Made by a program: the position numbers and the translations under genes. A stretch of 64,000 bases of DNA from Clostridia bacterium (GTDB lineage: Bacteria > Bacillota > Clostridia > Oscillospirales > CAG-272): assembly GCA_017472305.1 (NCBI GenBank), contig JAFUQP010000007.1, forward strand, positions 5,272-69,271. The letters run 5' to 3'. A model generated the notes under the pieces. That model was given only the letters and a program-made list of their open reading frames with translations. It was not told where the DNA came from and did no database searches. This document shows, in pieces, positions 1-11,794 of this stretch (position 1 is its first letter; each line of letters begins with the position of its first letter).

Positions 1-426
1 CGCGGCTCTGAACGTATCTGCAGCCGCAACGACAACCTTTTTGCCCTGTGACTTAAGCTCTGCGGAAATTTTACCTATAGAGGTGGTCTTTCCAACGCCG
101 TTTACACCGATAACGAGAATAACCGAGGGCTTTGTCGAAAGATTGAGAGGCTCGTGCTCGCCTATCATATTGCGAAGAATTGCATAAAGCTCGCGCTTTA
201 TGTCGGCGCCGTCCTTAAGCCTTTTATCTCTCGTGATTTCGCGAAGCTCGTCAAGGATTTCCTCGGTGGTATTTACACCGATATCCGCGGATATCAGAAG
301 CTCCTCGAGCTCGTCGAATAAATCCTCGTCTATTTTGACGAATTTTTTCATAAGCTCATCGATTTTACCGACTATTGCGCTTTTTGTCTTGAATAGACCC
401 GCCTTGAGTTTGTCAAAGAACCCCAT
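1..426 (-). CDS. ftsY: Signal recognition particle receptor FtsY, N-terminal part (gene runs off the window start)
   Basis: My own minus-strand translation from ATG 426-424 gives MGFFDKLKAGLFKTK. The P-loop VILVIGVNGVGKTT is encoded near 85-125. The gene overlaps the smc stop by 14 nt, in the classic smc-ftsY order. Confidence 0.85.
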   Translation of the reverse strand, partial: MGFFDKLKAGLFKTKSAIVGKIDELMKKFVKIDEDLFDELEELLISADIGVNTTEEILDELREITRDKRLKDGADIKRELYAILRNMIGEHEPLNLSTKPSVILVIGVNGVGKTTSIGKISAELKSQGKKVVVAAADTFRAA

Positions 427-3400
427 CAAGTAACTCCTTCTGTTTTCCTTCGATTTCATTTACGTTAAGCTCGATTGCCTGCGAAATACCTCTTTGAGGC
501 ATCGTGACACCGTAGAGCCTGTCGCCGATTTCCATAGTTCCTCGGCGGTGCGTGATAAGTATAAACTGCGTTCCGTCGCCGAAGCGCTTGATGTATTCGC
601 CAAAGCGGAATACGTTGACCTCGTCAAGCGCTGCCTCAATCTCGTCGAGAATACAGAAGGGCGTGGGATTGACCTTAAGTATCGCGAACAGAAGAGCAAT
701 TGCGACAAAGGACTGCTCACCACCCGAAAGAAGCGAAAGATTTTTGATAATCTTGCCGGGAGGCGCCGCCTTGATTTCTATTCCCGAGGTAAGTACGTCC
801 TCGGGGTCGGTCAGCGACAGCTCTGCGTTACCACCGCCGAACAGCTCCTTGAAGGTGATGCCGAAGTTCTTGTTTATAGCCTCAAATGCGTCAACGAAGC
901 TAACGCGCATCTCGTTCTCGAGCCTGGAAATTATGTCCGTAAGCTCGTCATAGGAGCTTGTGAGGTCAACGAACTGCGTGTTAAGCGCATCGTATCTCGT
1001 CTTGACCTCTGCATACTCGTCGATAGCACCCGGGTTGTAGTTTCCGAGAGCGCGGAGCTTTGCGCGGCAGGAGCTTCTGTGCTGCTCTATCTCGTCGTGG
1101 TTTTCCTCCGTTACTGCAGGATATCCAAATCCGATGGCATCCTCGTAGGTTATCTCATAGTCGTCCCAGAGCTGCGAGCCAAGCTTATCCTGGCGCTCCT
1201 CAAGGTGAGAAAGTCTGTTTTCGTTCTTGATAACCGCCTCATATGCAAGCTGCCTTGAGCTGGATTTCTCTCGCATTTTAATGCGTATTGATGCCATCTC
1301 CTGGTCGAATTCGTCGTTACCTGCCTCGACCTCCGCACGCTTCTGCCTTAGGTTATCTATCTCTTTTTGAAGATTATCAAGCTCGTTTACACTGTCGCTC
1401 TTGGTTTTGTCGATGTTCTTTCTCTTTTCCTCAAGCTCGAGAATTCTCGCCCTCTGCTGCTCTACGTCAGAGCAAAGCTCGGCAATTCTCAAATCAACGC
1501 TCTCAATAAGAAGGTCTACGCTCTCGACGTCCTTTTTCGCCTCTGCCGAAAGGATATACTCGTCGTTAGCCTTGGAGTTAAGCTCGTCAACCTTTTCGTC
1601 AAGAACGCCCTGCTCCTCGCTTTTCTTTACGCGGAACTCCTTAAGCGCCGCAATTCTCTCGTTTGCCGCGGCGTAGTCTTCCTTAAGCGAGAGAAGCTCT
1701 GTGTCTGCCCGCTCGTTTTCTCCTGCGAGAGAGGTGAGGTCTGACTTAAGTCTTTCTACTATTTCTCTGTTAGCATCGTACTTTGCGTTAGCGTTATCAA
1801 GTGCCGCAAACTGCGAGCGAGAGAGCGAAAGAAGGAATTCCTTATCCTGCGTAGCCTCTGCAAGGCGCTCCTTTGCGTCCTTGATTTCACCGTCGGTCGA
1901 GCTCATTTTCTTCTCGAGCGACTTAATATCCTTGTCAAGCGCTGCCGCGCGTGTCTTAAGCTCGCTGACGGTGTTAAGGCGCGAGAGAATTCCGCTGTCG
2001 CGCTTTGCGCTACCGCCTGTAAACGCACCGCCTGCGTTGATTATCTGTCCGTCAAGCGTTACGAGCTTAACCTTGTATTTAAGTCTTTTTGCAGCATCTG
2101 CCGCACTGTCGATATTATCAAATACAACGGTACGGAGAAGAAGCCACTCAACAATGCCCTTATACTCTGCATCGGTAGTCACGAGAGTATCAGCTCTGCC
2201 AACGTAGCCCGAGAGCTTCTTTGCCTCTCTTATCTCGTCGGTTTCGGTTGCCGACTTGATTGCCGTTATAGGATAGAAGGTCGCCCTGCCCGCGCCCTCA
2301 CGCTTCAGTGCTCGGATAGCAGCCTTTGCGGTATCCTCGTTATCAACTACGATATTCTGAAGACTGGAGCCGAGTGCGGTTTCGACCGCGGTAATATATT
2401 TTTTGTCAACCTTAATAAGCGAGGAAAGCGGACCGTGTATTTTGCCGTGACCGCTAAGATTGCCAGCCGAATACTCGCGCATAACGAACTTAATGCTCTC
2501 GGCATAGCCCTCAAAGTGGTCGTTCATTCTCGTGAGAGCGTCAGCCCTTTCAACAAGGGTGTCATGCTCAACTCGCTTGGAATTAAGCTCTGCCGTTATG
2601 CTCTCTCGCTCGGTAAGAAGCTTTTCGAGGGCTGAATTTGACCCGTCAATAATTTGCTCCTTCTCAGAAATACTCTTCTTGAAGCCCTCTGTGCTCTTGT
2701 CACACCGCTCTGCCTCAAGACGAAGCTCCTCACCCTCTTTTTCGTACTTCTCTATTTCAGCCTCAACTGCCGCGCTCTTGCTTGTACCTGTGAGCTTCGC
2801 GTTATCGAGAACGTCCATACGAACCTTGATTGCCGTTGCGGTGTTCTCCTCAACGGTCAGCTCGTCAAGCGCCTCCTCTAGCTCTCTGCGAAGCTTTTCA
2901 ACCTCGACTGAGAGCTTCTGTGCCGCCGAAAGCAGCTCAAGCCTTGCGTCCTGATGAGCCACGAGCTTTCTTTCGTGCTCACTCCTCTTCTCGGTATGCT
3001 CCGACTTGATTTTCTCCTGCTGCTTCTTTGCGTCCTCAAGCTCGGAAATTCTGGTTTTCGATGCCTCGATAAGCTCTGCGGAGTGCGAGAAATTACTCTC
3101 GGCAACTCTTAATTCGTTATCTATCGTGTGAAGACGGTCGGTGGCAGTCCTGATATCCTCAAGAAGCTTTTCGGAATAGGCTCTGCTCGCCTGCGCCTTG
3201 TTATAAAGGTTCTCGTTCTGTGCCTCGAGGTCGGAGATTAGCTGGTCTATAATTTCAAGCTCGTTCTGCGAGAGCTTAAGATTATTCCTTGCAAGCTCGA
3301 TGTCCTCGCGGATTTTCTTCGTATCAAAAAGCCAGAGAGAAACGTCTGCGCGCTTCTTCTCCTCATAGAGCGCAAGACCGCGCCGCGCCTTCTCCGCCTC

Positions 3401-4027
3401 ACGCTCAAGGGGACCTACTCGGCCCTCAAGCTCTGCAAGAATATCCTTGACTCGGTCAAGGTTGTCCTGCGTTTGCTTAAGCTTACGCTCCGACTCCTCT
3501 TTTCTGTGGCGGTACTTGGCAATTCCCGCAGCCTCCTCGAAAATGCTTCTGCGCTCATCGCTCTTCTTCGAGATAATCTCTGCAATCTTACCCTGACCGA
3601 TTATCGAATAGCCCTCACGGCCGACACCGGTATTCATAAAGAGCTCGTATATGTCGCGAAGCCTTTTGGGCTGCTTATTTATCAGGTATTCACTCTCTCC
3701 CGTACGGAAATATCTGCGGGTTACAACCACCTCGTCAAACTCCGAGTCAAGTCTGTTCTCGGGGTCGGAGTTATCGAAGGTAACCGAAACCTCGGCAAAG
3801 CCCATAGGCCGCCTGTCGTCAGTTCCGCCGAAGATAACGTCCTCCATCTTCGTTCCTCGGATATTACGGCTCGAAAGCTCACCGAGAACCCAACGCATAG
3901 CGTCCGAAATATTCGATTTTCCGCTTCCGTTAGGTCCGACGATAACGGTAGCGCCTCGCTCAAACGAGAGAACCGTTCTGTTCGGGAAGGATTTGAAGCC
4001 GTGGAGCTCAAGAGATTTTAAATACAT
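413..4027 (-). CDS. smc: Chromosome partition protein SMC
   Basis: 1204-aa ORF with an N-terminal Walker A (GPNGSGKSN), long coiled coils, a hinge, and a C-terminal LSGGE signature plus Walker B (ILDEIEAALD). Confidence 0.97.
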   Translation of the reverse strand: MYLKSLELHGFKSFPNRTVLSFERGATVIVGPNGSGKSNISDAMRWVLGELSSRNIRGTKMEDVIFGGTDDRRPMGFAEVSVTFDNSDPENRLDSEFDEVVVTRRYFRTGESEYLINKQPKRLRDIYELFMNTGVGREGYSIIGQGKIAEIISKKSDERRSIFEEAAGIAKYRHRKEESERKLKQTQDNLDRVKDILAELEGRVGPLEREAEKARRGLALYEEKKRADVSLWLFDTKKIREDIELARNNLKLSQNELEIIDQLISDLEAQNENLYNKAQASRAYSEKLLEDIRTATDRLHTIDNELRVAESNFSHSAELIEASKTRISELEDAKKQQEKIKSEHTEKRSEHERKLVAHQDARLELLSAAQKLSVEVEKLRRELEEALDELTVEENTATAIKVRMDVLDNAKLTGTSKSAAVEAEIEKYEKEGEELRLEAERCDKSTEGFKKSISEKEQIIDGSNSALEKLLTERESITAELNSKRVEHDTLVERADALTRMNDHFEGYAESIKFVMREYSAGNLSGHGKIHGPLSSLIKVDKKYITAVETALGSSLQNIVVDNEDTAKAAIRALKREGAGRATFYPITAIKSATETDEIREAKKLSGYVGRADTLVTTDAEYKGIVEWLLLRTVVFDNIDSAADAAKRLKYKVKLVTLDGQIINAGGAFTGGSAKRDSGILSRLNTVSELKTRAAALDKDIKSLEKKMSSTDGEIKDAKERLAEATQDKEFLLSLSRSQFAALDNANAKYDANREIVERLKSDLTSLAGENERADTELLSLKEDYAAANERIAALKEFRVKKSEEQGVLDEKVDELNSKANDEYILSAEAKKDVESVDLLIESVDLRIAELCSDVEQQRARILELEEKRKNIDKTKSDSVNELDNLQKEIDNLRQKRAEVEAGNDEFDQEMASIRIKMREKSSSRQLAYEAVIKNENRLSHLEERQDKLGSQLWDDYEITYEDAIGFGYPAVTEENHDEIEQHRSSCRAKLRALGNYNPGAIDEYAEVKTRYDALNTQFVDLTSSYDELTDIISRLENEMRVSFVDAFEAINKNFGITFKELFGGGNAELSLTDPEDVLTSGIEIKAAPPGKIIKNLSLLSGGEQSFVAIALLFAILKVNPTPFCILDEIEAALDEVNVFRFGEYIKRFGDGTQFILITHRRGTMEIGDRLYGVTMPQRGISQAIELNVNEIEGKQKELLDGVL

Positions 4028-4028
4028 T

Positions 4029-5045
4029 TTATTTCCCCTGTTCTATATTGACCGAGAATGTCTTTATTCCGTCCGACTCCAGAAAGTCGACGCGTGACAC
4101 TCCGAGTATCTCTTTTATAAGTGTTTTGTTTCGTTTTCTTTGTCCGATAGCCTTCGAAAGCTCGCCCTTGGCTACCCTGACCTTTAATATATCATTATTT
4201 TTAAATTTGATTTTTTTCGCTTCTTCAAGTATGATTTTTCTATAGAGTGCCGAATAAGCAAGCTCTCCGAGCGCCGGGTGATTTGGCCCTGCAAAATAGG
4301 TTTCTTTGTCCGAGAGATTTTCGCTCGCGCAAAGTCCGAGCCGTATTACGGGCACACCCGCGCGTAAAAAGCAAAGTAGCACCTCCGCAGACCTCTCGGC
4401 AGCCTCGTCCTCTGTCAAGGGCATATATTCTCCGCACTCTGCCATAGAGCAAAGCTCGGTGTCGCGGAATACAACCGTCGGATAAATTCTTGCAAAGTCA
4501 GCCCCCGAGGAAACAATAAACTCCGCCGTTCTGATTTCATCTTCAAGAGATGCGCCCGGCAGTCCTATCATCATCTGTCCGACGAGCGTAAAGCCGCCCT
4601 CAACAATAAGCTTGCACGCGCGCCTCTCGTCCTCGAAGGTGTGTCCGCGCTTTGAAAGTGCAAGAACTCTGTCGGAGCTTGACTGAAGTCCAAGCTCAAT
4701 AACCTTTACGCCGTAGCGACCGAGAATATCCAGAATTTCCTCTGAAATATAATCGGGACGGGTTGAGCATCTTATGGATTTTACGCGCCCTTCTTTGATA
4801 TAGGAGTAGGCAATTTCAAGAAGCTCTACCATAAGTGAACGGTCAATTCCCGTAAAAGAGCCGCCAAAGAAGGCAATCTCGACCTCGTCGTCGGGACTCA
4901 CCGTTGAAAGCGAGTCCTCGATAATGTCCCTGACCCTTGAAATGTCAAAATCAACAGTTCCCGAAATAGTTCTCTGATTACAGAACACGCACTGATTGGG
5001 ACAGCCGAGATGCGGAATAAATATAGGAATGTTTATATGCCTCAT
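4029..5045 (-). CDS. Radical SAM protein (Elp3-like core, no acetyltransferase domain)
   Basis: The N-terminal CPNQCVFCNQ is a CxxxCxxC radical SAM cluster motif. The gene lies between rnc and smc with 4-nt and 1-nt junctions, so it belongs to the operon. Confidence 0.8.
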   Translation of the reverse strand: MRHINIPIFIPHLGCPNQCVFCNQRTISGTVDFDISRVRDIIEDSLSTVSPDDEVEIAFFGGSFTGIDRSLMVELLEIAYSYIKEGRVKSIRCSTRPDYISEEILDILGRYGVKVIELGLQSSSDRVLALSKRGHTFEDERRACKLIVEGGFTLVGQMMIGLPGASLEDEIRTAEFIVSSGADFARIYPTVVFRDTELCSMAECGEYMPLTEDEAAERSAEVLLCFLRAGVPVIRLGLCASENLSDKETYFAGPNHPALGELAYSALYRKIILEEAKKIKFKNNDILKVRVAKGELSKAIGQRKRNKTLIKEILGVSRVDFLESDGIKTFSVNIEQGK

Positions 5046-5758
5046 AGCGAATACCCGAACAGAAGAAGTGCTGCGCGCGCGGCGCTCATTTCGGCATCCT
5101 TCTTGTTCTTTGCAGTTCCCCTGCCCACCTCATTGTCGTTAACGAAGGCGGCAACGGTATATTCCTTATCGTGCTCGGGCCCCACCTCGGAGATTACCCG
5201 ATACTCGAGTATTACACTTCCGTCCTGCTCTGATAGCTGCTGAAGCATGGTTTTATAGTCTGTTCTCTGATTTATAGCTCCAAGCTCCAGAACAGGTCCG
5301 AGCAGCCTGAGTATAACCTCTGTATACTCGGTCGAGCCGCGCTCCTTGCAATCGAGATATATAGCCGCAATCAGCGCCTCCATAGCATCAGCAAGCACCT
5401 TTGGGCGACGGCGGCAGCCGTTCTGCTCCTCACCAAAGCCAATATTGATAAATTCTCCGAGCGAGAGGCTCTCCGCTACCGAAAACAGCGTTTTTTCGCA
5501 GACTATAGCCTGCCTTTGCTTTGTCAGCGCACCCTCGCGGTGCCTCGAGTAGCTGTTATAGAGGTATTCCGAAACAACAATTTCAAGAACAGCGTCGCCG
5601 AGGAACTCAAGGCGCTCGTTTGATTCCGCCTTAATTCCCCTAGTACGCATTTCATTCGTGTAGGAGGAATGAGTAAGAGCTGTATCGAGGTAAGCGGTGT
5701 TATTAAATTTGTAGCCGATTTTCTCGGCAAGAAGCATCGAGTCCCTTCCTATAGCCAT
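5042..5758 (-). CDS. rnc: Ribonuclease III
   Basis: Carries the RNase III signature ERLEFLGDAVLE and a C-terminal dsRBD. Position upstream of smc is conserved. Confidence 0.95.
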   Translation of the reverse strand: MAIGRDSMLLAEKIGYKFNNTAYLDTALTHSSYTNEMRTRGIKAESNERLEFLGDAVLEIVVSEYLYNSYSRHREGALTKQRQAIVCEKTLFSVAESLSLGEFINIGFGEEQNGCRRRPKVLADAMEALIAAIYLDCKERGSTEYTEVILRLLGPVLELGAINQRTDYKTMLQQLSEQDGSVILEYRVISEVGPEHDKEYTVAAFVNDNEVGRGTAKNKKDAEMSAARAALLLFGYSL

Positions 5759-5778
5759 ACCAATTCTCCAAAGAGTAA

Positions 5779-6822
5779 TCAGATTTCGCCGCTTTGGTAA
5801 GCCTTCTCGGCATCGGCGATAAGCTTCTTATCGTCATAGTCGGCAGCGAAAACGGTTATGTCGTTATTTATTCCTGTTTCAACGAAGAAAATCGCCTGTC
5901 TTACGGCATTCTTGATAGCCTTCGCATCAGAGGAGCCGTGCGCCTTGATTACAGGCTTCTGAATACCGAGAAGCGGTGCGCCGCCGTGCTCCGAGGCATC
6001 GAAGCGGTGCTTCATATCCTTGATTTTCTCCTTCATGGTAAGGGTTGAAACCTTGGTAACGAGGTTAGTTTTAAGAACGTCCTTAAGAGTACCCATAAGG
6101 AATTTACCCATTCCCTCAACACTCTTTAAAAGAATGTTACCGGTAAATCCGTCGGTAACCAGCACGTCGCAAACACCGAAGGGAACCTCCTTTGCCTCGA
6201 CGTTTCCGACGAAGTTAAGTCCGCACTCCGAGAGAAGCTGATAGGACTCGGTCTGTAGCGCGTTACCCTTGTTGTACTCGGTACCGTTGTTAAGCTGTCC
6301 GATTTTCGGACGGTCGATGTCGTATATTTTCTCCATATACTTCGCGCCCATAAACGCAAACTGACAGATGTTATCCGAGGTAACGGTCAGGTTTGCGCCC
6401 GAGTCCATAAGAAGAACAGGGGTGGAAAGCGGAAGAATTGAAGCAATTGCGGCTCTGTTAATACCGGGAATTCGCCTTACTATGATGGTTGCGCCTGTAA
6501 TAAGCGCACCTGTGTTTCCCGCGCTGACGAATGCGTCAACCTCCCCCTTGGAGAGAGCCTTGAAGCCGACACCCATAGAGGAGTCGCGCTTATCTCTTAC
6601 AACCGAAAGCGGGCTGTCCTCCATCGTAATAACCGACGGAGCGTTTATGATTTCCATACCCGCAATATTAATCTCGTTTTTAACGGCAATATCGGATATA
6701 ACGTTCTCGTCGCCGACGAGCATTATCGTATGGTCCTTGAATTCTCTTGCCGCCCATTCTGCGCCCTTAAGTATTTCAAGAGGAGCGTTATCTCCGCTCA
6801 TAGCGTCAATCAGTATTTTCAT
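5779..6822 (-). CDS. plsX: Phosphate acyltransferase PlsX
   Basis: The N-terminus [14 protein letters not shown] and the full-length 347-aa protein are typical of PlsX. Confidence 0.93.
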   Translation of the reverse strand: MKILIDAMSGDNAPLEILKGAEWAAREFKDHTIMLVGDENVISDIAVKNEINIAGMEIINAPSVITMEDSPLSVVRDKRDSSMGVGFKALSKGEVDAFVSAGNTGALITGATIIVRRIPGINRAAIASILPLSTPVLLMDSGANLTVTSDNICQFAFMGAKYMEKIYDIDRPKIGQLNNGTEYNKGNALQTESYQLLSECGLNFVGNVEAKEVPFGVCDVLVTDGFTGNILLKSVEGMGKFLMGTLKDVLKTNLVTKVSTLTMKEKIKDMKHRFDASEHGGAPLLGIQKPVIKAHGSSDAKAIKNAVRQAIFFVETGINNDITVFAADYDDKKLIADAEKAYQSGEI

Positions 6823-8161
6823 TTGTGTGAGAATTACCGTATCGCTCCTTTATGATAGCGAGCGAGCGTTCTGCATACGCCTCGTTACGGTATTTCTTTC
6901 CTCCTTTTACCTTTTTATCAAGGGGTGCTATTATTCCGAAGTTTGCGTTCATAGGCTGGAAGGACGAGCCGATGCCGCCCTCGCTTACGTAATGCGCCAG
7001 CGCTCCGATTTGGGTTTCCTTAGGGAAAACCGCCGAAGGCTCGCCAAGAGCAAGCAGTGCCGCGTTCAGTCCGGCAACAAAGCCCGACGAGGTTGACTCG
7101 ATATATCCCTCAACTCCCGTCATCTGTCCGGCAAAGAACAACCCTTCTCTGCCTTTTACAGAATAGGTGGGGGTTAAGAAGCCCGGTGAATTAAGATAGG
7201 TATTCCTATGCATTACTCCGTATCTGAAAAACTCGGCATTTTCAAGTCCCGGAATCATTCCGAAGACTCTCCTCTGCTCGGGGAAGGTCAGGTGCGTCTG
7301 GAAGCCGACAAGGTTATACATAGTTCCCTCGCGGTTCTCGCGGCGAAGCTGAACCGTCGCGTAGGCGTCCTCGCCGGTCTCGGGAAGCGGAAGTCCGACA
7401 GGCTTCATCGGTCCGAAGCGAAGGGTGTCGTAGCCCCTCTTTGCCATAACCTCAACCGGCATACAGCCCTCAAAGACCTTAAGGTCCTCCTGAAGCTCTC
7501 TGTCAAATGCCTTAAGCGGCGCGCACTCGGCAGAAATAAGCGCCTCGTAGAACGCGTCGTACTGCTCCTTTGTCATAGGGCAGTTAAGATAGTCCTCGGC
7601 ATCTCCCTTGCCATATCTTGAAGCAAAGAAGGCAACCTCGGTATTTATACTCGAAAAATCAACGATAGGCGCTGCCGCATCGAAGAAATGAAGCTCGTCG
7701 CCGCCCGTAAGCTCGGAAATGCTCCTCGAGAGTGCCTCCGACGTAAGGGGACCCGAGGCAACTACTACTATTCCTTCAGTGGGAATTTCGGTTATTTCCT
7801 CGTTTATTACGGTGATTTTCGGGTGATTTCTGATTTTTTCGGTTATATAATTACTGAAAGCCTCGCGGTTTACGGCAAGCGCCGCGCCTGCGGGCACGCG
7901 TGACTGATATGCCGCCTCCATAATCAGAGAGCCGAGAAGCGACAGCTCCTCTTTTAAAAGTCCTACGGCATTTGAGAGCTGTATCGAGCGAAGCGAATTT
8001 GAGCAGACCAGCTCAGCAAAGCCCTCGCTGTGATGTGCGGGGCTGAAGCGCTTCGGCTTCATTTCATAGAGAGTAACCTCTACTCCGCGCTCTGCCGCCT
8101 GCCACGCCGCCTCACAGCCTGCAAGACCTGCACCTATGACGGTTATTTTCTTATTCATCAC
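6806..8161 (-). CDS. trmFO: Methylenetetrahydrofolate--tRNA-(uracil-5-)-methyltransferase TrmFO (Gid)
   Basis: Has the FAD-binding motif [16 protein letters not shown] and the ELVCSNS motif. It follows topA as in Bacillus. Confidence 0.93.
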   Translation of the reverse strand: MMNKKITVIGAGLAGCEAAWQAAERGVEVTLYEMKPKRFSPAHHSEGFAELVCSNSLRSIQLSNAVGLLKEELSLLGSLIMEAAYQSRVPAGAALAVNREAFSNYITEKIRNHPKITVINEEITEIPTEGIVVVASGPLTSEALSRSISELTGGDELHFFDAAAPIVDFSSINTEVAFFASRYGKGDAEDYLNCPMTKEQYDAFYEALISAECAPLKAFDRELQEDLKVFEGCMPVEVMAKRGYDTLRFGPMKPVGLPLPETGEDAYATVQLRRENREGTMYNLVGFQTHLTFPEQRRVFGMIPGLENAEFFRYGVMHRNTYLNSPGFLTPTYSVKGREGLFFAGQMTGVEGYIESTSSGFVAGLNAALLALGEPSAVFPKETQIGALAHYVSEGGIGSSFQPMNANFGIIAPLDKKVKGGKKYRNEAYAERSLAIIKERYGNSHTNENTD

Positions 8162-10425
8162 TCTATCACCGTCATTTCCTCGTCGCGCTTATAGGAGCAG
8201 TCGCGCTCCTTGCATATTACAGCCTTACGGCTCTTTCTGTAGTAGAGCATACTGCCGCAATCGGGGCAGCTCTCCGACAGAGGCATATCCCACGAGGAGA
8301 AATCGCACTCGGGATATTTTTCACAGCTGTAAAATACCATTTTGCCCTTGCCGTGTCTTGCCACGATTTTCGAGGAGCAGATAGGACAGCTTGCTCCTGT
8401 GTCGGTTACCTTCTGCTTTGTAAAGCTGCAGCGCGGATAATCCGAGCAGGCGTAGAATGCGCCGTATCTTCCCTGTCTTACGACCATCTCAGAGCCGCAC
8501 TTTTCGCACTTGAAGCCTGCAAGCGTCGGCTCCTTTGCTTCGCTTTGCTCAAGGAGCTTGCCGGACTTATCGATAGCCTTCGTGTTCTTACAGTCGGGAT
8601 ATCCCGGGCAGGCAAGGAACTTTCCGTATCTGCCGTTCTTATATACCATTTTTCTGCCGCATCTTTCGCAGACGACATCGCTCTCCTCTTGGGGAACCGA
8701 GAACTCTGCCTTGTTCTCGCTGCTCAAGGCACGCTCAACGTCGTCCTTGAATTTGCCGTAGAACTCGCCGAGAACGCCGACTGCGGTATTCTCGCCGTGC
8801 TCGATAGAGTCGAGCTTGCTTTCCATTGATGCAGTAAACTCATAATCTATAATCTCGGGGAAATTCTTACGCATAAAGTTCGTAGTAACCTCGCCGAGAG
8901 GAGTTGCAACGAGAGCCTTGCCCTCGCGCTTTACGTATTCTCTTGAAAGAATTATCGAGATAATAGGCGCATAGGTAGACGGTCTGCCTATTCCGTTTTC
9001 CTCAAGGAACTTGATAAGCGATGCCTCGGTGTATCTCTGCGGGGGCTCGGTAAAGTGCTGTGCCTTCTTAAGTTCAAGGGTTGTGAGCGCCTCGCCCTTC
9101 TTAAGAGCAGGAAGAGCCTCGAGTGAGCCCTCGCTCTCCTCGTCGTCGGGAAGGTGGTCGCCGTCAAACACCGACATATATCCGCGGAAGGCTATGACGT
9201 AGCCGCCCGTCTTGAACAGGTAGCCCGCGCACTCAATATCAGCCGCAACCGTATCAAGAATCGCCGACTCCATCTGGCTTGCAACGAATCTCTCCCAAAT
9301 AAGCTTATAAAGCTTATACTGGTCGGTGGAAAGAAGCTTCTTAATGCTCCTCGGCTGAATAGTGACAGTCGAGGGTCTGATAGCCTCGTGCGCGTCCTGC
9401 GCCGACTGGCTCGTTTTGAAGCTGCGCTGATTTTTCGGAAGATATTCCTCGCCGAAATTCTCCCTGATATATTCAGAGCAGGCTTCCTTTGCGATAGGAG
9501 CAATTCTCGTCGAGTCGGTACGCATATAAGTGATAAGACCCTGCACGCCGCCGAATTCAGAGCCGAGGTTAAGTCCGTCGTAGAGCTCTTGGGCAACCTT
9601 CATAGTCTTCTGCGCCTGGAAGCCAAGCTGACGCGAAGCCTCCTGCTGAAGAGTTGAGGTCGTGAAGGGGGGCGCGGGCTGCTTATACTTCTTGGTGTGC
9701 TTGACGGAAGCAACCTTGAAGCTACCCGCGGAGAGTGCCGACTCAATAGTGAGAGCCTCGCTTTCCGAGGAAATTTTAGTCTTTCCCGTACCGTCACCGA
9801 AGAAGCGAGCGATAACCTTATCTCCCTTCTTCGTGGAAAGTGATGCCTCTACTGTCCAGTATTCCTGCGGCACGAAGGCGCGGATTTCTTCCTCGCGCTC
9901 GGTGATAATTCTTGCGGCAACAGACTGCACTCTGCCGCCCGACAAACCGCTCTTAAGGTTCTTCCAGAGCACCTCGGAGAGCTTGAATCCCACTATTCTG
10001 TCAAGAATTCTTCTTGCCTGCTGGGAATTAACGAGGTCAAGATTGATTTTTCTCGGATTTTTTATAGATTCCTTAACGGCTGATTTGGTAATCTCGTTAA
10101 ATGTCACTCGGCAGGCGCAGCTCTCGGGAATATCAAGCTGCTTTGCAATGTGCCAGGATATTGCCTCACCCTCGCGGTCGGGGTCGGTTGCGAGATATAC
10201 CTTCGAGGCAAGCTTTGCCTCGCTCTTAAGCTCCTTGATAACGTCGCCTTTTCCGCGAATATTTATATAATGAGGCTCAAAATTATTGTCGATATCGATA
10301 CCGAGGGTGCTCTTGGGAAGGTCCCTGACGTGTCCCTTTGATGCGACTACCTTGTAATTCGAGCCGAGATATCCTTTGATTGTGTTTGCCTTTGCAGGCG
10401 ACTCAACTATAACAAGTATTGCCAT
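8158..10425 (-). CDS. topA: DNA topoisomerase I
   Basis: Has an N-terminal TOPRIM domain ([17 protein letters not shown]) and multiple C-terminal CxxC zinc ribbons. 755 aa. Confidence 0.96.
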   Translation of the reverse strand: MAILVIVESPAKANTIKGYLGSNYKVVASKGHVRDLPKSTLGIDIDNNFEPHYINIRGKGDVIKELKSEAKLASKVYLATDPDREGEAISWHIAKQLDIPESCACRVTFNEITKSAVKESIKNPRKINLDLVNSQQARRILDRIVGFKLSEVLWKNLKSGLSGGRVQSVAARIITEREEEIRAFVPQEYWTVEASLSTKKGDKVIARFFGDGTGKTKISSESEALTIESALSAGSFKVASVKHTKKYKQPAPPFTTSTLQQEASRQLGFQAQKTMKVAQELYDGLNLGSEFGGVQGLITYMRTDSTRIAPIAKEACSEYIRENFGEEYLPKNQRSFKTSQSAQDAHEAIRPSTVTIQPRSIKKLLSTDQYKLYKLIWERFVASQMESAILDTVAADIECAGYLFKTGGYVIAFRGYMSVFDGDHLPDDEESEGSLEALPALKKGEALTTLELKKAQHFTEPPQRYTEASLIKFLEENGIGRPSTYAPIISIILSREYVKREGKALVATPLGEVTTNFMRKNFPEIIDYEFTASMESKLDSIEHGENTAVGVLGEFYGKFKDDVERALSSENKAEFSVPQEESDVVCERCGRKMVYKNGRYGKFLACPGYPDCKNTKAIDKSGKLLEQSEAKEPTLAGFKCEKCGSEMVVRQGRYGAFYACSDYPRCSFTKQKVTDTGASCPICSSKIVARHGKGKMVFYSCEKYPECDFSSWDMPLSESCPDCGSMLYYRKSRKAVICKERDCSYKRDEEMTVIE

Positions 10426-10453
10426 ATTTCATAGCGGCTCTGCCGCTGCCTTT

Positions 10454-11773
10454 CTAAATGGATTTGCGTTTGATTCTCTCGCCGGGCAGTCTTTCAATAA
10501 AGCCGCCCATCTCAAGCTTAAGAACCGATTTCATTACCTCGCGAAGCGTAAACTCACCGTCGACCAGCTCGTCAACAGCGCAATCGCCCTTCAGAGGAAT
10601 GGATTTATAAATTTTAATCGCAGTTGCACCGAATCCTTCGTCGGGCACTCTTTCTTCTACAGCACTCGCGGTGCCCTTTTCGTCAGAAGCTACACCAAAA
10701 ATCTCTTTCTCTGGAAAATGCTCGGGAAAGCTTGAAGTGCCGGCAGCGTCTGTAGACTCCGACTTTGCTCTTTTAGTCCGTTTGGGCGGAGAGAGAATCT
10801 CGTCGTTTGGGCAAAGCGCCGATACACAATATCTGTGCAGCGCCTCGTTCATATCAACAGGACACCTCTCGGTGAGCCTGAAGCGGTTGAGCATAGTACC
10901 GCACTGCGGCTCAAAATCGTTGATAATATCCTCTGCGGCGGTCAAGACCTTTGCGCCGTTCTTCAAAAGAAGCGTCGTTACCTCGGCATTCTTGCTGCCC
11001 ACGTTTGCGGGCAGTGCGTAAACGGTGCGATTTTGCGCCATCGCGTGGCGCGCGGTTATAATCGAGCCGCTTTTCTCCCTGCCTTCAACAACGAAGGTTG
11101 CAGAACAGAGTCCTGATATTATCCTGTTTCTTCTCGGGAAATTATATTTCTTCGGCTTCGTGCCTGGTGCGTACTCGGTAATAACGCAGCCACATTTTAC
11201 AATTTCACGCGCAAGGGTGAGATGTACCGCGGGATAGCATACGTCAATCCCCGAACCCAGCACCGCGACGGTAGCTCCTCCTGCCGCGAGTGCGCCCGCG
11301 TGAGCTACTCCGTCAATTCCTATAGCCATTCCCGAAACGACAATAGCGCCCGAAGACGCTAAATCGTAGGAAATTCTGAATGCAGAGCGCCTACCGTAAT
11401 CGGATAACATACGCGTTCCGACTATGCTGACGAAAAATTCATTATCGAAGTCGGGGAGAGTGCCTCTGTAATAAAGAAGCACGGGCGGTGTGGGTATAGC
11501 CTTAAGCGACTTCGGAAAGGCTTCGCTGAAATAAGGGATAAGCCCAACCTTTTTCCTTGTGCAAAAGTCAAAAATCCTCTCTGCGCGCGAGAGGTCCTTG
11601 TTAATTAAAGCGCGCTTGTCGGTGGCATTGTGCCCGACTGTTCTTGAAAGCTCCTTATCGGGAGCATCGTATATTTCCTTTGCCGAGGAATATTTTTCGA
11701 GTAATCTCGGAAAGGTTGCACTGTCGGGAGTACAGGCAAGCGAAAGCCATATATCGTATATTATGTCATTCAT
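10454..11773 (-). CDS. dprA: DNA processing protein DprA (Smf)
   Basis: Contains a DprA Rossmann core (GMAIGIDGVAHAGAL, SGIDVCYP). The dprA-topA-trmFO order is conserved. Confidence 0.9.
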   Translation of the reverse strand: MNDIIYDIWLSLACTPDSATFPRLLEKYSSAKEIYDAPDKELSRTVGHNATDKRALINKDLSRAERIFDFCTRKKVGLIPYFSEAFPKSLKAIPTPPVLLYYRGTLPDFDNEFFVSIVGTRMLSDYGRRSAFRISYDLASSGAIVVSGMAIGIDGVAHAGALAAGGATVAVLGSGIDVCYPAVHLTLAREIVKCGCVITEYAPGTKPKKYNFPRRNRIISGLCSATFVVEGREKSGSIITARHAMAQNRTVYALPANVGSKNAEVTTLLLKNGAKVLTAAEDIINDFEPQCGTMLNRFRLTERCPVDMNEALHRYCVSALCPNDEILSPPKRTKRAKSESTDAAGTSSFPEHFPEKEIFGVASDEKGTASAVEERVPDEGFGATAIKIYKSIPLKGDCAVDELVDGEFTLREVMKSVLKLEMGGFIERLPGERIKRKSI

Positions 11774-11794
11774 AAAGCCTTCCTCCCATAAAAA

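Noticed and set aside
494-1258. 254-aa plus-strand ORF, with similar ones at 6368-7096, 12658-13341, 21324-21884, 35186-35857, 47348-48148 and 52393-53142
   Set aside because: All lie antisense to confidently identified genes (smc, plsX/trmFO, rplT/rpmI, ychF, tsaC/prfA, the lipoprotein gene, hflX). All have Ser/Leu/Arg-rich compositions and lack SDs.
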